DNA of 64,000 bases from Solirubrobacteraceae bacterium (GTDB lineage Bacteria; Actinomycetota; Thermoleophilia; Solirubrobacterales; Solirubrobacteraceae). Both the position numbers and the translations under genes were made by a program. The notes beneath the pieces were generated by a model that saw only the letters and a program-made list of their open reading frames with translations, did not search any database and had not been told where the DNA came from. Of this stretch, positions 48,641 through 56,575 are shown in pieces (within the stretch, counting starts at the first letter, position 1; each line of letters opens with the position of its first letter). Location of the stretch: contig DATBOY010000068.1 in NCBI GenBank assembly GCA_036561645.1, forward strand, positions 16,707 through 80,706, in the 5' to 3' direction.

Positions 48641-50179
48641 ATGCGCCGCCGGCTCCTGCTGTCTACGATCCTGCTCGCTTGCGCGCCGGCCTCGGCGCTC
48701 GCCCTCGGCAGCGATTGGAACACGTCGATCGCCGTCAACTGCGGGGGCAACGGCATCAGCTCCCTGTACTGCATCCCGCAGCAGTCGATCTTCACCTTCG
48801 CCCACATCAGCCAGTCGCCCCGCTGCTCGCTGACCGTGACGTTCACCGTCAAGCCGGAGATCGAAGGTCTGCACGGCCGTGCGCACGTAACGCTGCGGGG
48901 ACTGGACCGCGCGGACAGGCAGATCCGACGCAGCGCCCGGCCGCGCGTGAGCGGCGGCGCCTACACGCTGCGCTTCTCGCGACTGCGGTGCGGCGCCTAC
49001 CAGCTCCGCGGCTGGTACGGGGGTGACGGCACGCGCCTGCCCTCGCGCCACCGCAGCCGCCGCGTGCTCGTCGAGTGCGCCGGCGCCGGCCACGGGTGCG
49101 CCACGACGGCCAGCGCCCATCCGCCGCCCGGGCCGGTGCGCCACGTGCCCAGTCACAGGCCGCACAGGGGGCCCTCCCAGCGCAGGCCGGCGCCGCTGAA
49201 GATGATCTGGGGGCCGTTTACGCTGCCCGACGGCTCCTCGGCCTTTCCCGTCTACCACCGGCTGGGAGTCCAGGTGCTGCAGATCCAGCTCAGCTGGGCG
49301 GCGAGCGCTCCCCAGCGTCCAGCCAACCCCTCCGATCCGGCCGACCCCGCCTATCGCTGGCCGCAGGCGCTCAGCGAAGCGACGAGCGAGGCCACCCGCT
49401 ACCACATCGCGCTCGCGCTGATGGTCAAGGAAACCCCAGCGTGGGCCAACGGCGGCGACGATCCATCGTGGGCGCCGGAAGACGCGGGCGACTACGGCGC
49501 CTTCCTGCAGGCCGCAAGCCGTCGCTACCCCTCGATCCACTACTGGATGATCTGGGGCGAGCCCGCGCGCGAGGGCAACTTCAACCCGATGCCAGCCAAC
49601 TCGCCGGTCGGCCCGAGACGCTACGCGCTGCTGCTCGCCGCCGCCTACGCGGCGCTCAAGGCGGTCACGCCGGCGAACGTCGTGATCGGCGGCATGAGCT
49701 ATACCCTGGGCGAAGTCTCCACGCCCGACTTCATCCGCTGGATGCGCCTGCCCGACGGCACGCCGCCGCGCATGGACTACTGGGGCCACAACCCGTACTC
49801 GTTTCGCTTCCCGAAGCTCTCGGAAGGTCCGTACGCCAGCGGCGTGCGCGACATCAACGACATCGACACGCTGCACCACGAAATCGCCGCCGTCTACGGC
49901 GGGCGGCCCGGCGGCGTCCCGAAGCTGTGGCTTTCGGAGTTCTCGATCTCAAGCGACGAACGCAACCGCGCCTTCTCGTTCTTCGTCAGCCGCGCCGAAC
50001 AGGCGCGGTGGGTGGCGGGCGCCTTCAGGCTCGTCGACTCCGTCTCCTACGTGGCGGGACTCGGCTGGTATGAGCTGCTCGACGAACCGGCGTCCGTACC
50101 CGGTCACCTGACGGAGGGACTGCTCACCGCGACGGGCACACCCAAGCCCGCCTTCGGCGCCTACGCACGGGCGCCTTGA
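48641..50179 (+). CDS. Secreted GH-A-like hydrolase with N-terminal Ig-like module (close paralog of 29020..30168)
   Basis: 'YGGDG..LPS' Ig-like end; catalytic domain near-collinear with the 29020 gene ('LKMIWGP', 'WMIWGE', 'LWLSEF'). Confidence 0.78.
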   Translation: MRRRLLLSTILLACAPASALALGSDWNTSIAVNCGGNGISSLYCIPQQSIFTFAHISQSPRCSLTVTFTVKPEIEGLHGRAHVTLRGLDRADRQIRRSARPRVSGGAYTLRFSRLRCGAYQLRGWYGGDGTRLPSRHRSRRVLVECAGAGHGCATTASAHPPPGPVRHVPSHRPHRGPSQRRPAPLKMIWGPFTLPDGSSAFPVYHRLGVQVLQIQLSWAASAPQRPANPSDPADPAYRWPQALSEATSEATRYHIALALMVKETPAWANGGDDPSWAPEDAGDYGAFLQAASRRYPSIHYWMIWGEPAREGNFNPMPANSPVGPRRYALLLAAAYAALKAVTPANVVIGGMSYTLGEVSTPDFIRWMRLPDGTPPRMDYWGHNPYSFRFPKLSEGPYASGVRDINDIDTLHHEIAAVYGGRPGGVPKLWLSEFSISSDERNRAFSFFVSRAEQARWVAGAFRLVDSVSYVAGLGWYELLDEPASVPGHLTEGLLTATGTPKPAFGAYARAP

Positions 50180-50180
50180 T

Positions 50181-50263
50181 CGACTGCCTGCGCCCTGCCC
50201 GATCGCCTGCGCCCTACCCGACCGCCTGCGCCTCGCCCGGCCGCCTGCACCCCGCCCGACCGC
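50181..50263. repeat. 19-bp imperfect tandem repeat x4
   Basis: CGACTGCCTGCGCCCTGCC / CGATCGCCTGCGCCCTACC / CGACCGCCTGCGCCTCGCC / CGGCCGCCTGCACCCCGCC. Confidence 0.8.
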
Positions 50264-50265
50264 GT

Positions 50266-50281
50266 TTCACCTTCTCTTCAC
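50266..50281 (+). promoter_or_regulatory. Direct-repeat box TTCAC-N6-TTCAC
   Basis: TTCAC-CTTCTC-TTCAC about 20 bp upstream of the GT4 ATG. Confidence 0.6.
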
Positions 50282-50300
50282 ACCACGGGAGCGAGCGGCG

Positions 50301-51725
50301 ATGAGCATCCGTCCCGTGCGCGTCGCGATGCTCCTGCACAAGTCGGTCGAGTTCGACTCGCGCGTGCGGCGCGAGGCGAGCGCGCTGGCCCGCGCCGGAC
50401 ACGACGTGACGGTGCTTGAGCTCGCCGCCGTCCCCGCGGGCGCGCGGCTCGACGGATTCGCGCGACGCTCGGTGGCGCCGCCGCCGTGGCTGCGCCGGCG
50501 CCTGCCGTTCCATCTCTACCGGATCGCGTTCCTCGCGTCGTTCGTCAAGGGCGTCGTGCGCGTGCGTCCCGACGTCGTGCACGCGCACGACGCGGCGATG
50601 CTGGCGCCGGGGATCGTCGGCGCGCGCCTCAGCGGGGCGGCGCTCGTGTACGACTCGCACGAGCTGGCCAGCAGCGTCCCCTACCGCGAGCGTGCGTGGG
50701 CGTGGTTCGTCGCGGCGATCGAGCGGCTCGTCGTGCCCCGCTGCGCCGCGGTCATCACCGTCTCCGATTCGATCGCCGCGCGGTTGCAGGCCCGCTACCG
50801 GCTGGCGCGAACGCCGACGGTGGTGCGCAACGTCAGCGCCCTCACCCCCGGCGGGCGTGGCGCTCTGCGCGCGCGGCTCGGGATCGCGCGGGAGACACCG
50901 CTCGTGCTGCACCAGGGCGCGCCCGCGCCGGCGCGCGGCTGCGAGGTGCTGATCGACGCCGTCGCGCAGCTGCCCGGCGTGCACCTCGCGTTCCTCGGGG
51001 ACCCCGAGCCCGGCTACGGAGCGGCGCTCCAGATGCTGGTTGTCCAGCGCGGCCTGTCCGATCGCGTGGCGCTGCTTGCGAGCGTCGCGCTGGAGGACCT
51101 GCTCGCGCACACCGCGGAGGCGGACGTCGGCGTGACGCTGCTGCAGGACACGTGCGAGAACCATCGCCTCGCGCTGCCCAACAAGCTGTTCGAGTACATC
51201 GCCGCCGGCGTGCCGGTGATCGCCGCCGCGCTGCCGGAGACACGTCGGCTGGTCGAGCGCTACGGCGTCGGCTGGTGCGTGCCCCCGGCCGACGCGGCGG
51301 CCCTCGCGGCGGCGCTGCGCGTGGCCTTGCACGGTCCGCCAGACCCGCTGCTGCGCGAACGCCTGGCGCGCGCCGCCGCCGAGCTGTGCTGGACGGTCGA
51401 GCAGGAGCGCCTGCTGGCGCTGTACGCGCGGCTGTCAGGGCCGGGCGATCACAAACCGATGGGTGCGCAGCATCCCCACGCGCGCGAGCGGGCCATACAG
51501 GCGCCCGGCCCGCCGGGCGATGGGAGGCGCGAGGGTGACCGAGCGCACACTCAGCTCCCCGCCCCCGAGCGCGCGGCGCAGCTCGCCGAGCCCGATCAGG
51601 CGGGTGTGACGGTTGGGGGTGGGCACGCGCGGCTCCCAGATCGCGATCGCGCCGCCGCGGGCGAGCACGCGACGAGCCTCGCCGAGAGCGCGGCGGACGT
51701 CCTCGCGCGAGCCCATGGCCGATAG
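50301..51725 (+). CDS. Glycosyltransferase family 4 (last ~95 aa overlap an antisense gene)
   Basis: 'DSRVRREA', 'PDVVHAHD', 'VYDSHEL', 'ALPNKLFEYIAAGVPVI'. Confidence 0.9.
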   Translation: MSIRPVRVAMLLHKSVEFDSRVRREASALARAGHDVTVLELAAVPAGARLDGFARRSVAPPPWLRRRLPFHLYRIAFLASFVKGVVRVRPDVVHAHDAAMLAPGIVGARLSGAALVYDSHELASSVPYRERAWAWFVAAIERLVVPRCAAVITVSDSIAARLQARYRLARTPTVVRNVSALTPGGRGALRARLGIARETPLVLHQGAPAPARGCEVLIDAVAQLPGVHLAFLGDPEPGYGAALQMLVVQRGLSDRVALLASVALEDLLAHTAEADVGVTLLQDTCENHRLALPNKLFEYIAAGVPVIAAALPETRRLVERYGVGWCVPPADAAALAAALRVALHGPPDPLLRERLARAAAELCWTVEQERLLALYARLSGPGDHKPMGAQHPHARERAIQAPGPPGDGRREGDRAHTQLPAPERAAQLAEPDQAGVTVGGGHARLPDRDRAAAGEHATSLAESAADVLARAHGR

Positions 51726-52115
51726 CACTGTGAACAGCAGCACGAGCGAGCAGCTGCCGTCCGCCAGCGGCAGACTGCGCACGTCCCCCTGCGTTACACG
51801 CCCCCCGGGCACGCGCTCGCGCGCCGCGCGCACGCGCTCGCCGAGCAACTCGACGCCGCACAGCCGCTGCGACGCCACGCCCGCGCGCGCGAGACTCGCA
51901 AGCCACCAGCCGCCGCCGCACCCCGCGTCGAGCAGCAGACCGTCGCCGTGCGCGAGGGGCTTGACCAGCTCCAGCAGCAGGCGCAGCACCTCCTCGCGCA
52001 TCGCGGCGTTGCCCGCGTTGTGCGCGCTCCACGCCCGCTGCTTGCGCCGGTCGCGAGCGTAGCCGGAGTAGACGTGCGCGACCCGTCCGTGCTCCGTGTG
52101 GTGTTCCTCACCCAC
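51435..52115 (-). CDS. Class I SAM-dependent methyltransferase (start 52115 GTG or 52001 ATG)
   Basis: 'LLDAGCGGG', 'GVELL', 'GDVRSLPLADGS', 'TVLS', 'EARRVLARGG'. Confidence 0.8.
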   Translation of the reverse strand: MGEEHHTEHGRVAHVYSGYARDRRKQRAWSAHNAGNAAMREEVLRLLLELVKPLAHGDGLLLDAGCGGGWWLASLARAGVASQRLCGVELLGERVRAARERVPGGRVTQGDVRSLPLADGSCSLVLLFTVLSAMGSREDVRRALGEARRVLARGGAIAIWEPRVPTPNRHTRLIGLGELRRALGGGELSVRSVTLAPPIARRAGRLYGPLARVGMLRTHRFVIARP

Positions 52116-53345
52116 TACTACCCTCCGGAGCGGGGCGCCGCGCCGGCGCGCATCGCGGCGCTCGCGCGCGGCCTGGCCGAGAGGGGGCTGGCGGTCACCG
52201 TGCACACCGGCTTTCCACACTACCCGTCCGGCACGATCGCGGCGCCCTACCGCAACCGCCCCCTGCGGATCGAGCGCGACGGCCCCGTGCGCGTGGTGCG
52301 CAGCGCCGTGTATCCGACGCCCAACCGCGGCTTCGCGCGCCGCCTGGCCAACCACACGGTGTTCGCCGCCGGCTCGCTCGCGATGTGCGCGGCGACGGGG
52401 CCGGCCGACGTCGTGGTCGCCGAGTCCCCGCCGCTGTTCACAGCCGCCGCCGGCGTCGCGTACGCCGCCGTCAAGCGCGCCGGGCTCGTGCTCAACATCT
52501 CCGACCTGTGGCCGCAGAGCGCGATCGAGCTCGGCGCGCTCGCCGACGGGCGCGCCGCCGCGGCCGCGCACGCGCTCGCCCGCCGCTGCTACCGGCGCGC
52601 GCGCGCGATCGCCGCCCCGACGCAGGGCATCCTCGACAGCCTCGGCGACCGCCCCGAGGCGCACGGCAAGCTCGTGCACGTGCCGCCCGCCGTGGACCTC
52701 GAGCGCTTCGCCGCCGTGCCGGCGCGTGCACCCCAACCACACGCGCCGCTGCGCGTGCTGTACGCCGGCACGCTCGGAGTCGCGCAGGGCTTGAGCGTGC
52801 TCGTGGCCGCCGCCGCGCTCGCGGGACCGCAGGCGGTCGAGGTGCTGATCGCCGGCGAGGGACCCGAGCGCGACACGCTGCAGCGCGAGGTGCGGACGCG
52901 CGGGCTGGGCAACGTGCGCCTGCTCGGTGGGCTCGACCCCCTGTCGATCCCCGGCCTGTACGCGGACATGGACGCCGGCGTGATCCCCCTGCGCGACCGT
53001 CCGATCTTCGCCGGCGCCCTGCCGACGAAGCTGTTCGAGGTGCTCGCGGCCGGCCGGCCGGCGATCCTCGCGCTGCGCGGCGAGGCGGCGCAGCTCGTGC
53101 ACGACGCGGGCGCGGGGCTGGTCGTCGCGCCTGAGGACCCGCGTGCGCTCGCCGACGCCTTCCGGCGGCTGCACGAGAATCCGCGGGAGGCGCTTGCGAT
53201 GGGGGCTCGCGGACGCGAGCTGGCGCGCAGGTTCGATCGGGCGAGCGCTGTTAGGCGCTGGGAGGATCTGCTCAGCGGCTGCTCCGCCGCCGCGGACACG
53301 GCACGGTCGTCACGGCGTTGGTCTGGGCGCCGTCGAGGAACGTGA
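52089..53345 (+). CDS. Glycosyltransferase family 4 (WbuB-like)
   Basis: 'FLTHYYPPERGA', 'GFPHYPSG', 'ESPPLF', 'DLWPQS', 'YAGTLGVAQGL', 'PTKLFEVLAAGRP'. Confidence 0.92.
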   Translation: MLRVVFLTHYYPPERGAAPARIAALARGLAERGLAVTVHTGFPHYPSGTIAAPYRNRPLRIERDGPVRVVRSAVYPTPNRGFARRLANHTVFAAGSLAMCAATGPADVVVAESPPLFTAAAGVAYAAVKRAGLVLNISDLWPQSAIELGALADGRAAAAAHALARRCYRRARAIAAPTQGILDSLGDRPEAHGKLVHVPPAVDLERFAAVPARAPQPHAPLRVLYAGTLGVAQGLSVLVAAAALAGPQAVEVLIAGEGPERDTLQREVRTRGLGNVRLLGGLDPLSIPGLYADMDAGVIPLRDRPIFAGALPTKLFEVLAAGRPAILALRGEAAQLVHDAGAGLVVAPEDPRALADAFRRLHENPREALAMGARGRELARRFDRASAVRRWEDLLSGCSAAADTARSSRRWSGRRRGT

Positions 53346-54063
53346 AGGCGGCGGCGAAGGGGAAGCCGCCCCTCGGGCAGCTGTTGGGTAGGAGCACTCC
53401 TCGGGGCCGATAGGCGACGGTGCGCCCGCGCAGGCGTTCGTAGTAGGTGACGTGTTCGGGTCCAAGCGTGGCGTGCATCTCTACGACCGAGACGTCGGGG
53501 CCCGCGGGGAGGCTCGGCACGAGCGGGACGTCGAGGTTGATACGCCCGCCGTAGGGCGGCGGGGTGGGCAGCAGAAGGCCGGGGAGCACGATCTGCGCAC
53601 TGATCGGGTCGCCGCCGTCGGCGTTGAAGAGCAGCGCGATATGCCCGTCCTGAGTGGGGCCGCGGACGATCGTCACGCGCGTGGCCTCCTGCACGATCTC
53701 GGGGCCGAGGGGGATCTCCGCGAGGACGGTCCCGTAGCCCATGATCGAGTTGGCGGGGCAGCGTCGGGGTCCGGCTGCTTGGAGTCTCTCCACACGGCAT
53801 GTGGCGAGACCGAGGCCGCTGACCGCGATTCCGAGGCCGCTGGGGTAGCGCAGGTCGATTTCGGTCACGGGCAGGGGGACTTCGCCCGCGGGAGCGGTGA
53901 TCTGAAAGCCGAAGCCGATCGTGGTGCCGTGACCGAGGCGCTCGGGTGTCAGAGCGGCGTTGAGCGTCACCCGCGGCGCGGCGTGTGCGGCCGGCGCCAG
54001 GCACGCGCCGGCGAGCGTCGCGCCACTGACAACGGCCGCGAGGAGACGGCGGGCTACGCGCAC
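53272..54063 (-). CDS. Secreted hypothetical protein (paralog of 5621..6391)
   Basis: Signal peptide ending AHA-AP; 'PLPVT', 'ATC', 'CPANSIMG', 'PPYG', 'CPRGGFP', 'PCPRR'. Confidence 0.78.
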   Translation of the reverse strand: MRVARRLLAAVVSGATLAGACLAPAAHAAPRVTLNAALTPERLGHGTTIGFGFQITAPAGEVPLPVTEIDLRYPSGLGIAVSGLGLATCRVERLQAAGPRRCPANSIMGYGTVLAEIPLGPEIVQEATRVTIVRGPTQDGHIALLFNADGGDPISAQIVLPGLLLPTPPPYGGRINLDVPLVPSLPAGPDVSVVEMHATLGPEHVTYYERLRGRTVAYRPRGVLLPNSCPRGGFPFAAAFTFLDGAQTNAVTTVPCPRRRSSR

Positions 54064-54096
54064 GACGGCATGGTCGGCGTCATCGCGGCTGGTGGG

Positions 54097-54609
54097 TCAG
54101 TAGGAGAGCCGGCCGGTGGTCTGGATGGTCACGGCATACGTGCGGCGGTTGAATACGCCGTAGAGTCCGGCGCGCCCGTGCGCGTGCGCGTAGCGGCCGG
54201 TGCCCCCCGAGATGGTCACCGTGCCGGCGAAGCTTTCGTACGTGCCCGAGCCGTGGGGCGTCGCTGTCCCGTGGCCGTCGATCGTGCCGCCGCGGGTGTA
54301 GAGCGTGAAGCTGGCGGTGAAGCTCGCGCCGATGTTGCAGCGAGCGCGCATGTTCCCCGGCAGCGACCCGGTGGCGGCGCCTTCCTCGAACAGCAGCGAG
54401 CCGGAGCTGCGGATGAAGCGCAGGTGGGCGGTGTCGGTCGCGTTCAGCGCCCGCGCGGTGTGGGCTGAATGCGAACGCGCGGCGCCGCCGGCGTTGCTGG
54501 ACGCGGCCATGCCCGCGAGCGCCCCGGGGGCCGCGGTCGCCAGCAGCGCCACGCCACTCGCAGCCAGCCCCAGCGCCGCGGCCCGCCGATGTCGGCGTCT
54601 TTGAACCAT
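54097..54609 (-). CDS. Small secreted beta-barrel-like hypothetical protein
   Basis: Signal peptide; 'ISGGTGRYAHAHG' resembles the dirigent/allene-oxide-cyclase-like GGTG motif. Confidence 0.7.
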   Translation of the reverse strand: MVQRRRHRRAAALGLAASGVALLATAAPGALAGMAASSNAGGAARSHSAHTARALNATDTAHLRFIRSSGSLLFEEGAATGSLPGNMRARCNIGASFTASFTLYTRGGTIDGHGTATPHGSGTYESFAGTVTISGGTGRYAHAHGRAGLYGVFNRRTYAVTIQTTGRLSY

Positions 54610-54640
54610 TCTGCGAAACAATATCGCCTGATCGCCTCGC

Positions 54641-56503
54641 CTAGGATTTCGCCAGCAGCTCGGCGCCCTGCGCCGCCGCTCGGGAGCCGCGCCGGAGGCC
54701 GCGCTGTCTGTACTCGGCCAGCGACTGCTCGAAATCGGCGCGCGTGAAGTCGGGCCACAGCTCCTCGCGGAACACGAGCTCGGACTCCGCGGACTGCCAC
54801 AGGAGGTAGTTCGAGAGCCGTCTCTCCCCGCCGGTGCGGATGATCAGATCGGGGTCGTGCATGTCCGGCGCGTACAGGTGGTCGCGAAACTCCCGCTCGC
54901 TGGTGCCGTGGAAGCGCAGGGCGGCATCCACGATCTCGGCGCGCCCGCCGTAGTTGAATGCGATGAACAGCGTGATCCGCCTGTTCTCGGCGGTCAGCGC
55001 TTCGGAGCGACGCATCTGCTCGACCATCTGCGACGGCGCGCCCTCGCGGCGCCCGATGAAGCGCATCCGCACCCCCTGCCGGTGAAGCTCCGGCGTTTCG
55101 CTCGCGATGCGCTGCGCGAGCATCGCGATCAGCCCCTGAACCTCGGCCGCCGGTCGCGACCAGTTCTCCGTCGAGAACGAGTACAGCGTCAGCTCCCTGA
55201 CCCCCAGCTCTGCTGCGTCGCGCAGGCGCGCCTTGAGCGTGTCCGCGCCGGCGCGATGCCCCTCGGTCACGAACAGACCCCGCGCCCTGGCCCAGCGGCC
55301 GTTGCCGTCGGCGATGATCGCCACATACCGCGCCACCGGCAGGCGCGCGGCGAAGATCGTCGACGCGCTCACGCCTGTCGGTCCGCCGTGAGCGCCAGCC
55401 GCGCGTCGCGCGCGTATCCGCTTTGCCAGGCGCCACGTGCGCATCACCGCGAGCGTCGGGGTGATCAGCGGCCGCAGTTCCCGGTTGATCTGCGCCGCGA
55501 TCGGCACGGCCAGCTCGTCTCTGGCGCTCGGAGCGGAGGTGTAGTACGCGACAACGCCGACGAGGGTCATCAGGTGGTGTGCTGCGTGGGGAAGCTCGCG
55601 GGCTCGGGCGACTGCGTGCCGCGCAACATCGCCAAGCGTTCGCGCGAGGGCCTCGCGGTCCTCGAAGTGTCGGATGTATCCGAGAGTTTCGGTGCTGACG
55701 TCGTCCTCATAATCGACGAGGCTGTCAAGCAGCGTGCTCAACGCGGCGATGGACAGGTAGGCCGTGTCGATCCGGGCGGCCTGCTCGCTCGTGGTGCGCA
55801 CGTCGGCGGCAGCGGCGATCAGCGCGTGCAGCGTGAGCACGGAGGCAGCTCCACCCGCCAGAAACCCCCGCCACTCAAGCGCTGTGCCAGCCGCTTCTCG
55901 CATCGCCCATAGCCTCAACTGCGCGCTCCCCTCGCTCGCTACAGCATGGGCGCGGACCTGCGCCTCGGCGCAGCGGGCTGCGCTCTGGCGAGCCGTTGTG
56001 GTGATCACATCTGCCGCCGGCAGCCGCGCGAGCGCGCTCCTGGCAGCGGCGACGAGCTCCTCTAGATAGCCATCGTCCGCTGACCGACGGTGGTGGCGGT
56101 GATAGTCGCCCCGGGGTTCGGCTTCCAGGTCGACTGCATCGATTAGCGCCTGGAACAGACTGCACCCGTCGCGCAGGGGATTCTGCAGGGGCTGCTCGAC
56201 CAGCGTGTCCAGATAATCGTAGAGTACCTCAAGAGCAACGATGGCTTCCACCGCGCCGTCCCGATGGCGACGGGGCGCCAGTGTGGCCAGCGTCGCCGCG
56301 ACCTCGGCGTTGAATCCCTCATCTCGCAGCGACTCCGACACGAGCCCATTCAGGACAGGGTCCGAAATCTCCAGCCCGCGCTGTCTCCACCGACAAAGCT
56401 GCTCACGAACGACCGGCGCAACGGTCAGCCAATAGCGGAAGTTGGCAAACGCGAGAGCCACGCCTGCCCGCGCCACAAGCCAGCGACCACCAAGTACTGA
56501 CAC
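54641..56503 (-). CDS. Bifunctional class IB terpene synthase (DUF2600/YtpB-like) + cis-prenyltransferase (UppS-like) fusion
   Basis: N-half 'YDYLDTL' and 'LLDSLVDYEDD'; C-half 'IIADGNGRW', 'FSTENWSRP', 'NYGGRAEI', 'PDLIIRTGGERRLSNYLLWQ', 'LWPDF'; single open frame. Confidence 0.85.
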   Translation of the reverse strand: MSVLGGRWLVARAGVALAFANFRYWLTVAPVVREQLCRWRQRGLEISDPVLNGLVSESLRDEGFNAEVAATLATLAPRRHRDGAVEAIVALEVLYDYLDTLVEQPLQNPLRDGCSLFQALIDAVDLEAEPRGDYHRHHRRSADDGYLEELVAAARSALARLPAADVITTTARQSAARCAEAQVRAHAVASEGSAQLRLWAMREAAGTALEWRGFLAGGAASVLTLHALIAAAADVRTTSEQAARIDTAYLSIAALSTLLDSLVDYEDDVSTETLGYIRHFEDREALARTLGDVARHAVARARELPHAAHHLMTLVGVVAYYTSAPSARDELAVPIAAQINRELRPLITPTLAVMRTWRLAKRIRARRAAGAHGGPTGVSASTIFAARLPVARYVAIIADGNGRWARARGLFVTEGHRAGADTLKARLRDAAELGVRELTLYSFSTENWSRPAAEVQGLIAMLAQRIASETPELHRQGVRMRFIGRREGAPSQMVEQMRRSEALTAENRRITLFIAFNYGGRAEIVDAALRFHGTSEREFRDHLYAPDMHDPDLIIRTGGERRLSNYLLWQSAESELVFREELWPDFTRADFEQSLAEYRQRGLRRGSRAAAQGAELLAKS

Positions 56504-56575
56504 CGGGCGCGAGCGTATCTGCTCAGGGGTCCAAATCCTGCGCAGGCGCCCTACGGGGGGTCGAGCGTGCCTCGC

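Noticed and set aside
45758-49879. 1373-aa giant ORF
   Set aside because: Only 45758..47224 is the FG-GAP gene; the rest is the antisense shadow of two + strand GH genes.
54641-55340. Simple housekeeping uppS
   Set aside because: Not in the usual frr-uppS-cdsA or recO context, and fused in frame to a DUF2600-like domain; it could still retain UppS-like activity.
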